In this document: positions 34,901-44,099 of the stretch, piece after piece | Numbering within the stretch: position 1 is the stretch's first letter | Layout of the letters: the number at the start of each line of letters is the position of its first letter | Origin: a virus | Taxonomy: Duplodnaviria; Heunggongvirae; Uroviricota; Caudoviricetes | Length of the DNA: 64,000 nucleotides | IMG/VR virus record: IMGVR_UViG_3300025659_000002 | Coordinates: 64,001 to 128,000 of that record | Direction: 5' to 3' (one strand) | Made by a program: the position numbers and the translations under genes | Notes under the pieces: model-generated | Databases searched by the model: none | Seen by the model: only the letters and a program-made list of their open reading frames with translations | What the model was told of the DNA's origin: nothing

Positions 34901-35843
34901 TTCAAGCGGAGCAAGCGGATATTGAACAGAATCTGGTGGTGAAATATACTATGCTAATAATGTAGGAATTGGAAATACTAATCCAGCAAAACGTTTTCAT
35001 ATAACTGGATCGGGTACAGGGGCATTAGCTCCAGCTTTTAGATTGGAAAACACTGACTCATCAGTTGCAGATTGGCAAATGGTAGCACATAGTTCTAATT
35101 ACTTTTCTTTTAATGAAGTAGGATTATCTGGAAGATTTTATATAAATAACGGCGGTGATTGTGGAATTACAGTAGTACCAACTACTTATAGATTTGAGGT
35201 TAATGGTGGCTCATCGGGCGGAGATATTCTTTGTTTCGATTTATATACACATGATGGAGGAGTACATACTTCTGATGCTAGGTTAAAAGAAAATATTGTA
35301 CCCGCTACACTGGGTCTTAATTTTATCGATACATTAAATCCTGTTAGCTATAAATGAAAAACAGTTCCAGAAAGAGATCAAATGGAAACTGGTAATAATG
35401 TAGCCCTAACAACTATAAATAAAGAAGTAACTTCAGAAGAAATAGTATTTGAAAACGGCAAGTATGTAAAAAAAGTTACAACATCATTACAAGACGTAGA
35501 AGTGCCGGTAATAGATGTACATGATTTATATAATGATGCTGGGGAAATTATAGGCCAACATGAAATACCTCGAATGGAGCCTTATGAAACAGTTCATCAT
35601 ACGTTTCCTGAAGAAACATTTAGCCGAACCCATTATGGATTGGTAGCACAAGAGGTAGAAACCGCTCTTACTAATGCTGGACTAACCACTACAGATTTTG
35701 CAGGATTTATTTATGAAGATAAAAGAGATACATATGGACTTAGATATACTGAGTTTATAGCTCCAATGATAAAAGCTATTCAAGAACTGTCAGCCAAAGT
35801 AACACAGTTAGAAGCTGATTCACATACTCATGGCAATAATTAA
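31974..35843 (+). CDS. Collagen-like fibre protein 2 (1289 aa) with duplicated globular domain and C-terminal peptidase S74-type intramolecular chaperone
   Basis: ATG 31974 is in frame with track ORFs 32136, 35043 and 35382 via TGA; SDARLKENI...PVSYK[W]K...HYGLVAQEV...LRYTEFIAPMIKAIQEL. Confidence 0.85.
32717..34720 (+). repeat. Tandem duplication in fibre 2: 32717-33724 = 33713-34720 (996-nt period)
   Basis: Apparently identical copies covering collagen repeats plus the globular domain; compared by eye. Confidence 0.85.
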
Positions 35844-35850
35844 ATAAAAC

Positions 35851-35879
35851 TTGACTATTTTCATCCCCTTAACTATATT
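35851..35879 (+). promoter_or_regulatory. Sigma-70-type promoter TTGACT-N17-TATATT, 5 nt before GTG 35885
   Basis: In the 41-nt gap after fibre 2; same geometry. Confidence 0.7.
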
Positions 35880-35884
35880 AAAAA

Positions 35885-36064
35885 GTGAAACTAATTAGAG
35901 AAGAAACAATAAATAAGGATTACCTCATTATAGAGCAAATAAAAAGAGATGTGGAGAAACTTGATCAAGAAAAACGTCAAAACCCATTTTCTAAAGTTTC
36001 TACCTTGATTAATTCTAAAGTAAAATCTCTAAAAAGTTTGCTTTTTGAAACAGTAACAATTTAG
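35885..36064 (+). CDS. Small hypothetical protein (59 aa)
   Basis: GTG 35885 to TAG 36062-36064; fills the gap between promoter and next gene. Confidence 0.5.
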   Translation: MKLIREETINKDYLIIEQIKRDVEKLDQEKRQNPFSKVSTLINSKVKSLKSLLFETVTI

Positions 36065-36065
36065 T

Positions 36066-37001
36066 ATGAGCCTAGTATCGACAGGGAACATAAGTTTAGA
36101 CATTAAGTATATATTTTTAAGCTTTGCTCAAGAGTTATTCTTGAACGATGCTAAATATATTTGATCGGCAAATGTATTAACTACCGGCATAATTATAGCG
36201 GATAAATACGCAATTGATTTAGGAGTAGTAGCACATAGACCGTCTATTGTATTGTCAAGAGGAAGTATGTCTTGATTAAAGCTAGGACTTGATCAAAGAA
36301 TTAATACTTCGTCATTAGCTTACGGTAGCCAAATAGGAACTATGGGAGGTCCTCAGGGATCAGCAAATCTTGCTAAGAATGCTAAATTTACTGACTTATT
36401 GAGAACCTCAATAACTTTTCATGTACTAGCAGCAAATGGGGTTGCCGCAGATGATATAGCTAATACACTTCATATAGCTTTACTCGCTAATAAACAGGCA
36501 CTTAAAGCTAAAGGGGTTCATAGAATTTTAGGAATTACCGTTAGTGAAGAACAATTAGTTAATGCGACAAGTGATATAGAAGTAGCTAGTATTTCAATAA
36601 GAGTTGACTTTACTACCCAAAGAACCGTACAATTAGGAGAGAGACAATTTAATTGTAGAGTTTATGTTGCAGGTACAGAAGTAGATGAAGGAATTAATTT
36701 TAGAGTAGATACTAATGGGACACAAGTTGTATTTGGCACAGCCCCAGCAAGCGGTACTCTTTTAACTTTAACATATGTAGATGCTGTTACCTTAGATACT
36801 ATTACTTTAGCGGCTTTAGGAACGGGAGACGGAAATACTGTTATTTTTACAGTACCAGCTTCAGGAACAATTTATGGATACTATACGCTTTTGAGTGAAA
36901 TATTAATAACAGGACCAAATGTAACTTCTCAGATAATAACTAGCGGAGTAACTACAAGCGGCTTAACAACTATATCGGGATTATGAGCAAGTGTTAACTA
37001 A
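36066..37001 (+). CDS. Putative tail completion/terminator-like protein with C-terminal extension (311 aa)
   Basis: ATG 36066 is in frame with track ORF 36342 via two TGA; ends TAA 36999-37001; upstream of sheath. Confidence 0.5.
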
Positions 37002-37767
37002 AGAAGCACAAGAACAAATAATAAAAGAAGCGTTTTATAGTGAACTTGAAAAACTAGGAGTACTTGCCTGGCTTCCAAGATTAATGAGTTTAATAGGGAA
37101 AAAGGGACTAGCTTCAGGATTAAAGGCTACTAATACTGGTAAGTTTTTTGCAGGAGCATCGAAACATAAAGGATTTCAAGCTAAATTAAATTATTTTTCT
37201 AGATACGCGAGCCCAACTAATATGATGAAGGGAAAATGGGGTAAGGTAACACAGACTGATTTTAAGAGTCTTAAAATGCAAACAGGAAAAGGGAATATAC
37301 CAAGAGGGATTAGAACCTCTATAGGTAATACCGCTCAAAACATAAAAGAATTGACAAAAGGATTAAAAGGGAAAAATGTTTGGGAAGGAATGAGCCAAGC
37401 TGGAAAAAATATAAAGGATTGGGGCGGAAATCAGCTGCGAGGATCTTTATATAAAGAAGTCAATGTAGGAAATAAAGGCGTTGATTTAGGAAATAAAATA
37501 TTTAAAAGAAAGGGAATATTACCTAATAGTAAAATTTTAGGGGTAACCAATAGAGGAACAGCTTTAGTGAGAAAAAAAATACCATTAAATGCGGCATATA
37601 CGGGGCCAGGAATGATGGTAAGCACTCCTCTTATGATTTCAAAAGATAGTAAAGGTAATAAACTTTCGGTTACAAAAAGAGTAGGCCAAGGCGCCAAAGA
37701 TGCCTTATTGTGGGGGATAGCCCCTCCAATAGGAGCAGCGGATATGCTAAGGTCATTTACAAAATAG
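36991..37767 (+). CDS. Lys/Gly-rich protein (258 aa) with acidic N-terminal leader ending AFYSELEKLG; putative internal virion protein
   Basis: Intact track ORF; acidic leader followed by strongly basic body, as in the 1052-3729 family. Confidence 0.6.
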   Translation: MLTKEAQEQIIKEAFYSELEKLGVLAWLPRLMSLIGKKGLASGLKATNTGKFFAGASKHKGFQAKLNYFSRYASPTNMMKGKWGKVTQTDFKSLKMQTGKGNIPRGIRTSIGNTAQNIKELTKGLKGKNVWEGMSQAGKNIKDWGGNQLRGSLYKEVNVGNKGVDLGNKIFKRKGILPNSKILGVTNRGTALVRKKIPLNAAYTGPGMMVSTPLMISKDSKGNKLSVTKRVGQGAKDALLWGIAPPIGAADMLRSFTK

Positions 37768-37786
37768 TTAAATGGAGGATATCTAA

Positions 37787-39418
37787 ATGGCTTATACTAA
37801 ACCAGGTGTGTCGGTAGAGCAGGTCAATAATAACACTACACCAATTCTTCAAGCGCCAAACCTAACAGCATGCATGATTGGAAGATCATACTGGTGACAG
37901 GATCCAGCGTTAGATGAATCTACGTATAGTACAAAATATACTGATGCAGGCGGACTGACCATCGCATTGTCTGGAATAAATTCTAGTTACAATGAACTTA
38001 CTAGTGTAAGTGGCTTAACAACGGTAGATTTAATAATTACTAAAGGTAACGGAACAAGTAATACAATACATGTACCAATAGCTAATATTACTAGAAGTGG
38101 ACTTAATCACTTAGTAATAGATGCTGGATTACTGGTAAGTAACGGCGGAGAGGCTACCGGAGAAGCGGATGCCAAAGTAGGGTATTTAGCTACAAATTCC
38201 GGCTCACAAGGATTTAATACACACGCAAGTGTTGCCGATATAAGAGATGTCTTAGGCCCTATTGTATCTTGGAACCCATTAGCTTTTGGGGTATACCTAG
38301 CTATGTCAAATTCAGGATCTGAAATTCAGTCTTATGGAGTATCGGCAGATAGTCCTACGGCTGTAGGTGGGTATTCTGATGCATACGATGCTTTAGAAAC
38401 TAAAGAATCTTATGCCTTAGTACCTTTAACTGAAAAAGATTTAGCGGTTGGTACAATTAGTACTCACTGTAATACTATGTCAGCAGCAGCTGGTAAGAAA
38501 GAGAGAATAGCTTTCGTAGCTCCTCAGGTGTTATGGGACCCACTGGGAACTGCCCACGCAGAAACTAGTTCACAAAAATTAGTTACTGCGGGCTTAGTAG
38601 GTGACGCAAACTCAGCTTATGAATCTAAACGTATATTCTCAGTACACCCTGATGCAGGATATCTACAAGAAACTAGACATATTAGTACAATTCATCCAGA
38701 TTGGATAGCTAGTAGTTTTAGCCTTTTTACTAATGTGAGTTTTTCTATATATGAGTTATATGCTAAATTTGCAGCGGATGTACGAATTAATAGTGTACTA
38801 TACAAGAAAGGTAGTAAGATTACAAGTACAATTTGGAGTGCCTTAGTGGCAGCTGAATGGGGTACTGCAGGAATGGTTACGGTATTAGTACCTGTACCAG
38901 GATTTTATTATGGAGCAGAGGCCGCGGGGTTAGTAGCTGGAGAATCTCCAGAACAACCACTTACTAGGCTTCCGATTTCAATAATGAAACAAACATATGG
39001 ATCTCAAGATTATTTTTCTGAAGCTCAATTAAATAGAATGGCCCAAGGTGGTACATATATTATGACTCAGAATTCTGATTTTAGTTCAGTATATTGTAGA
39101 CATCACTCGAGCACAAATGTAACGAGTGTGGCAAAACGAGAGCTTAGTGTAACTAAGGCTGTGGATTATACTTCTAAATTTATTAGAGATGGGTTAGATC
39201 CGTATATCGGACGAAATACTATTAGTCCTAGTTTTTTAAAATTTGTAAATTCAGTATTAGTGAGTATAGGACTATTTTTAACTCGAAAAAACTATATTGA
39301 TGATTTACAAGTGGTATCAATTGTACAAAATAGCGTTAATGCGGATACAATAGATGTAGAAATTAATTTACTACCTTTATATCCAGCCAATTATATCACA
39401 ATCAAGTTAGTATTCTAG
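37787..39418 (+). CDS. Contractile tail sheath protein (543 aa)
   Basis: GGAGG SD; MAYTKPGVSVEQV N-terminus; one TGA joins it to track ORF 37967; C-terminus ELSVTKAVDY...YIGR...P.NYI.IKLVF. Confidence 0.85.
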
Positions 39419-39430
39419 GAGGAATAAATA

Positions 39431-40066
39431 ATGGCAACACGAACTTTAAATGATTGGGATTTTGACGTAGAGCACGTACAAGATATTACTAGCGGAAGTG
39501 ATTTTTTATCTTCCGAATCGGTAGTTATTTGTGCGGGACCGCCTTCAGTAACTAAGGCAGCCGCTTTTAATGAATCTCATTTAATACCAATAGGAGTGGT
39601 GCAAAATGCACAAGTTAGTCAAAGTAAACAACTTCAACAATTTTTTGAAGTAGGTTCAAGAGAGCCGTTCTTTATCCCAGGTAGAACATTTGTTAATGCC
39701 TCATTAGGCAGAGTAATGTTTGACGGGCCATCAGTAATGAAGGCTCTGTATATGCAGGGAACTGCAGCTGACGTGCCGACGGATTTGGAAGGATTAACTA
39801 CAGCCGATTTTGCAAATGCACCATCTAACCCTCAAGGGGGGTCTGGAAATTTTTATATAAATTTATCGGCTAAATTCTTTAATAACCCTTTAGGTTTAGC
39901 ATTTTTATTAAATGATATGGACGACAATAGATATGGCGGTTTTTATTTAGAAAATTGTTTTATCCAGCAACATACACTTAACGTGGCAAGTCAACAAACT
40001 GTATTGTTTGAAAATGTATCTATAAGATGTTCTCGATTAGTCCCTCTTAATTGGAAAGAAGCATAA
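39431..40066 (+). CDS. Tail tube protein (211 aa)
   Basis: Follows sheath; IGVVQNAQVSQSKQLQQFFEVGS..PFFIPGRT; AGGAGG SD. Confidence 0.75.
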   Translation: MATRTLNDWDFDVEHVQDITSGSDFLSSESVVICAGPPSVTKAAAFNESHLIPIGVVQNAQVSQSKQLQQFFEVGSREPFFIPGRTFVNASLGRVMFDGPSVMKALYMQGTAADVPTDLEGLTTADFANAPSNPQGGSGNFYINLSAKFFNNPLGLAFLLNDMDDNRYGGFYLENCFIQQHTLNVASQQTVLFENVSIRCSRLVPLNWKEA

Positions 40067-40081
40067 TTATAAATTTAAGAT

Positions 40082-40115
40082 AAAAAAAAGGAAGGGGGCA
40101 ATGCGCCCCTTTCCT
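40082..40115. terminator. Terminator hairpin where the + and - gene blocks converge
   Basis: AGGAAGGGGGC-AATGC-GCCCCTTTCCT with a 5' A tract (the U tract for the - strand). Confidence 0.75.
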
Positions 40116-40136
40116 AATATTTCTATAAAAAATGGA

Positions 40137-40484
40137 CTATTTAGCCCACTTTCCTTTATTTACAATCCTAGAAATTATACTATAAACTCCTAAATCTAAA
40201 AAAGCATCTTCTACAGATTCGTTTTGTGGAGACCTTCCGGTCTTTACCACAAGATTCAATAATCGTTGCATTTTATCATTCATACGAATAATTATTCCAG
40301 TAGTAGACAACCTTTTATCTTCGTCTGTTTTTAAGTTGGTTCCCATACTGATATTGTTTGGACCATAATCCATTTGTTTCCTACAAAAGATAGCAAAATC
40401 TTCAGCCTGTATAGCTTCAAATTCTTTCATCATTTCTGGATATTCTTTTTTACAGAACTCAATTGGATTTATAATGTCTGTCAT
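40137..40484 (-). CDS. DUF1599 / nucleotide-modification-associated domain 1-like protein
   Basis: RKQMDYG...GIIIRMNDKMQRL...ESVEDAFLDL.VY; likely start ATG 40484. Confidence 0.65.
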   Translation of the reverse strand: MTDIINPIEFCKKEYPEMMKEFEAIQAEDFAIFCRKQMDYGPNNISMGTNLKTDEDKRLSTTGIIIRMNDKMQRLLNLVVKTGRSPQNESVEDAFLDLGVYSIISRIVNKGKWAK

Positions 40485-40497
40485 TTTTATATATTGA

Positions 40498-42324
40498 TTA
40501 GTGCTTCCAATGGCCACTAACGTGAGAGTCTACTTCCATAGACACGTCGGGGGCATAATAGTTAAAGGCTAGTATCATTAATTTTTCTACCATCTTTGCT
40601 ACATCGTCTGCATCATCTTCGTGTACTTCTAATAAGATTTCATCGTGTACTACGTTTACTAGTCTAGCATCGTAGTCTTTTTTGTCTATTTCTGCTTTGA
40701 GTAAACAAAGAGCTTTTTTTGTAGTACTAGCTCCTGCTCCCTGAAAAGGGAGATTTTTTGCTTCATTCATAGCGTGAGCAACTTCACCTTTATTATCCCA
40801 ATCTACATGAGACAAGTCTACACGGCGCTTATCTAATGGCGAATAATTATATTTATTTTTTGTGGCGTCAGCTACTAAATTATCAAGTGTATATTTTATC
40901 TTTGGAAATGTTTTAAAATATAATTTGATAAGTTTTTTTGCGCCATCTAGGTCTAATCCTAAATTTTTCCCTAGTTTAGTAGGGCCAATTCCGTAAATTA
41001 AACCGAAGTTGATGGCCTTAGTGTTCCCACGTAGTGCCAACATTTCTTTTCCTTTATCACATAAAAAATCAGTTTCCGGATCTTTCTTCCACACCTTTCC
41101 AGTATCTGGATCTAGAAAATCATCATAAGGTCTATTATATATAAGACTTGCTGAATAACTATGTAGGTCCATGCCCTGCTCAAGTGCATAAGTAAATTTA
41201 GGTTCTTTGCTTAACTGCGTTAATAATCTCAATTCTTGCCCAGAAAAGTCAGCGGCAATTATTTTATAATCAGAGTGTTGAGATGTAAATGCCGCTCTAT
41301 AAACAGCCTCTTTAGGAATATTCATTAAGTTCGGCTCTTTCCCAGCCATTCTTCCTGTTTTTGCTCCAAGTTGAACAAACCTCGCATGAATACGTTTATC
41401 TAATTTATGTACGTTTTCATTTAAGAAGGCTTCTCCATAAGTGGTTACCCTTTTAGTAGCCTGTCTATACTCTAGAAGCGCGTCGATGACTTCATGTCTT
41501 ACACTTTTAAGAGTATTTACATTCGTGTTTTCTAAGGGTTTTCCTATAATTTTTTCTAATATAGGTTTTATTTGTTGATGGGAATTATAATTGATAATGG
41601 GTTCTCTAAATAAATCTACAGAACAATGTGGTATGAAGAAATTATCTAAATCTTTTTTAGCTTTGGCGGCTGTATCAGCTGCTAAGGTTTTAAGAGCTAA
41701 CCATTTAGGTTTGTCTACATAAATTCCATTTAGTTCCATATCTCCCAACACTCTTGCAGTATCATATTCTAAAGTACCCAATTCTTTCATACCACGTTGC
41801 GCTAATAAATGTTGAATTTTAGCATATAATGGTATCAAATACTTAACGTCTAATCCAGCATACTCTATTTGGTCGTCGTCAAATTTATCCCCAAATTCCA
41901 TTTCTGAAAAACTTTTTTGAGAACTTTTATCTAAATCGACGCCGAGAAACTTTTTAGCCACTTTAGCTAAACCGCTTCCAATATTTCGCCCTTGGACTAA
42001 TAGTTGGTGTCCTAACATAGTACAATGTATATTTTCTATTTCTATCTTAAAATTAGATTTTGTAAATTGATATTCAAATTTGCTATTATGAGCTATCTTT
42101 CTTGTATCCGGTAATTTTAACCAATCTAATAATTTGAAAATATGTGTTCTAAGTTTATAAACATCATAAACATACTGTCTATATTCATTACCTACTTGTA
42201 TAAGTAGTACTTTATCAGTAAGTGGATCTAATCCTGTAGTTTCAAGATCATAGCCTACTCCTTGTAAGGATTTTAAGTATTCAAGAGATTTATCTAGCTG
42301 TTTGCTAGTAGTTATGTATGTCAT
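40498..42324 (-). CDS. polA: Family A DNA polymerase with 3'-5' exonuclease (608 aa)
   Basis: Exo I DLETTG; TGRMAGKEPNLMNIP; motif A DFSGQELR; motif B KAINFGLIYG; motif C VHDEI. Confidence 0.95.
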   Translation of the reverse strand: MTYITTSKQLDKSLEYLKSLQGVGYDLETTGLDPLTDKVLLIQVGNEYRQYVYDVYKLRTHIFKLLDWLKLPDTRKIAHNSKFEYQFTKSNFKIEIENIHCTMLGHQLLVQGRNIGSGLAKVAKKFLGVDLDKSSQKSFSEMEFGDKFDDDQIEYAGLDVKYLIPLYAKIQHLLAQRGMKELGTLEYDTARVLGDMELNGIYVDKPKWLALKTLAADTAAKAKKDLDNFFIPHCSVDLFREPIINYNSHQQIKPILEKIIGKPLENTNVNTLKSVRHEVIDALLEYRQATKRVTTYGEAFLNENVHKLDKRIHARFVQLGAKTGRMAGKEPNLMNIPKEAVYRAAFTSQHSDYKIIAADFSGQELRLLTQLSKEPKFTYALEQGMDLHSYSASLIYNRPYDDFLDPDTGKVWKKDPETDFLCDKGKEMLALRGNTKAINFGLIYGIGPTKLGKNLGLDLDGAKKLIKLYFKTFPKIKYTLDNLVADATKNKYNYSPLDKRRVDLSHVDWDNKGEVAHAMNEAKNLPFQGAGASTTKKALCLLKAEIDKKDYDARLVNVVHDEILLEVHEDDADDVAKMVEKLMILAFNYYAPDVSMEVDSHVSGHWKH

Positions 42325-43120
42325 CCATAAAATACCTGAGTTTATCAGCTCTCCAAGTTCGTCTTAATTTGTTGAGAGCTTGTTCTTTAATTTGACGAAT
42401 ACGTTCCCTAGTTAAGCCTAAATCAATACCAATATCTCTAAGAGTATAAGGTCTAATATGCCCAATACCAAAATACATTTTCAATATTTGTTTTTCTCTA
42501 GCAGGAAAACTGCTTATAACGTCATCGAATTCCTCTCTGAATTCATCAATAAGATGTTCTAATTCTACTGAAGAGGCTATTGCTGGAATTACGTTTGTAA
42601 GCGTATCGTCGTTATCTGTGTGGGGTTCGTCAAGATGAATAACTGTATAGCTATATTTTAAATCCTGTAAAGCGTTAGGATTATCGACTAATTCTGCTAT
42701 TTCATCATAACTAGGAACACGCTGTAATTTCGTTTCAAGGTATTCTCTAGCTTTTGTTATCTTTGTAACATTTGTTATTTTGTTTAAAGGTAGACGAATC
42801 ATTTTTGCATGCTCATGAATGGAAGCCATAATAGCTTGACGAATCCACCATACAGCGTAAGTAATAAATTTGAAATTACGAGAAGTATCAAATTTAGAAA
42901 AAGCTTTAACTAATCCTAAGTTTCCTTCTGCAATTAAGTCTTCTAAACTAATACCTTGATTCTGATATTCTTTTGCAACTTTTACAACAAATCTTAGATT
43001 TGAGGTTATTACTGTATCATAAGCTTTTCTATCACCAGCCTTTGCTAAGCGCAAGAGTTCTGCTTCTTCTCCCTTTAATAAGGGGTTGTGATTTTGGATT
43101 TCTTTTAAGTAACGTTTCAT
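42305..43120 (-). CDS. Sigma-70 family RNA polymerase sigma factor, RpoD/SigA-like, lacking region 1.1 (271 aa)
   Basis: NLRFVVKVAKEY, DLIAEGNLGL, FKFITYAVWWIRQAI, MIRLP, TRERIRQI. Confidence 0.92.
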   Translation of the reverse strand: MKRYLKEIQNHNPLLKGEEAELLRLAKAGDRKAYDTVITSNLRFVVKVAKEYQNQGISLEDLIAEGNLGLVKAFSKFDTSRNFKFITYAVWWIRQAIMASIHEHAKMIRLPLNKITNVTKITKAREYLETKLQRVPSYDEIAELVDNPNALQDLKYSYTVIHLDEPHTDNDDTLTNVIPAIASSVELEHLIDEFREEFDDVISSFPAREKQILKMYFGIGHIRPYTLRDIGIDLGLTRERIRQIKEQALNKLRRTWRADKLRYFMDDIHNY

Positions 43121-43827
43121 ATATCTAGTATCACATAAGACTGATTATTTTTTGAAAAGTTCCCCACACCGTGTACCTTTGTAGTATTTATACTTCCTTC
43201 ATATTTTTTATGATGGTGTGCGAAAACATAATGTTTTGGTTTTAAAACTTCGACTAATTGTCTTAAATGTTTACTACCTTCATCATGATTAGTTTTTTTA
43301 GAAAAAATTAAATCTGAAGCAGCTTGGTGAGTTACTAAGACGTCAATAGAAGTATCGTCAGTGGTGGCTCGTATACTTAATTCCTTAATTTGTAAAGAAG
43401 TATAAAAGCGTTTATTTCGATCGACTAATTTTTTCTCCGGCCAGTGAAATTTAATAGGAGACCATATTCCTCCTAAAACACCAATCCGTACATCACAAAT
43501 GGTATGAACTCTAGCTTGAGGTAAATAGTGTATATTTAGAGAGTCTAAATACCAATGAGTTAGATTATTAAAATCTTCATGGTTACCCATAATAAAATAT
43601 ATAGGTATATCAAATCTCTTTAAATTTTGAGCAGTTAAATCTTGTATTATTTTTTTTACATTCCAAAAATTATGACGTACTTCTTTAGAACAGGCAGCCT
43701 CTTCCGATCGATATAACCCAAAATCTCCGCCCTGCACTATTGCATCTACTTTATGTTTTTTTACAAAAGAATATACATTATCAATGTTAGAGTGTACATC
43801 TCCTATAAAAGCTATTCTTGCGGCCAT
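43117..43827 (-). CDS. Calcineurin-like metallophosphoesterase (236 aa; ends at 43105 if the terminal TGA is read through)
   Basis: GDVH, GGDFG, GNHE, VTHQ and FAHHH motifs. Confidence 0.85.
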   Translation of the reverse strand: MAARIAFIGDVHSNIDNVYSFVKKHKVDAIVQGGDFGLYRSEEAACSKEVRHNFWNVKKIIQDLTAQNLKRFDIPIYFIMGNHEDFNNLTHWYLDSLNIHYLPQARVHTICDVRIGVLGGIWSPIKFHWPEKKLVDRNKRFYTSLQIKELSIRATTDDTSIDVLVTHQAASDLIFSKKTNHDEGSKHLRQLVEVLKPKHYVFAHHHKKYEGSINTTKVHGVGNFSKNNQSYVILDI

Positions 43828-44099
43828 GGTTCACTATCTCCTTGAAAAATTACTGTTTGCCCTTTTAAACTTACTTCCACTGTTTGCCCATTTTTTAGGG
43901 CATTACATACCCAACATAGGGGAACTATACATTTCTTAGAGTTATCCCAATTATGAAACACTCTATCATATTTTTCTTTTTCAATGTCTCCTATCTGGTT
44001 TTGGGTATTCCAAATTTCTCCCAAGTCTTTACTCTGCCTACGTTGCTGTCTAAGATGTTGATCGCCGTGCGGTGCGGTAGTGTTTATATTATGACTCAT
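43812..44099 (-). CDS. Hypothetical protein (95 aa)
   Basis: Intact ORF, TAATG-coupled to the ThiF gene; C-x4-C-x2-C motif. Confidence 0.55.
   Translation of the reverse strand: MSHNINTTAPHGDQHLRQQRRQSKDLGEIWNTQNQIGDIEKEKYDRVFHNWDNSKKCIVPLCWVCNALKNGQTVEVSLKGQTVIFQGDSEPWPQE

Noticed and set aside
23004-34965. Alternative-frame + strand ORFs rich in VQAVQ/ELQ repeats (23004, 24270, 24810, 25269, 26892, 27690, 32410, 33667, 34663)
   Set aside because: Off-frame readings of the same stop-poor repeat; they contain no independent domains.
22775-35843. Giant eukaryotic virus (NCLDV) origin suggested by collagens and sugar genes
   Set aside because: GpA-like terminase, tail sheath and tube, sigma-70, SD sites and rho-independent terminators indicate a tailed bacteriophage.
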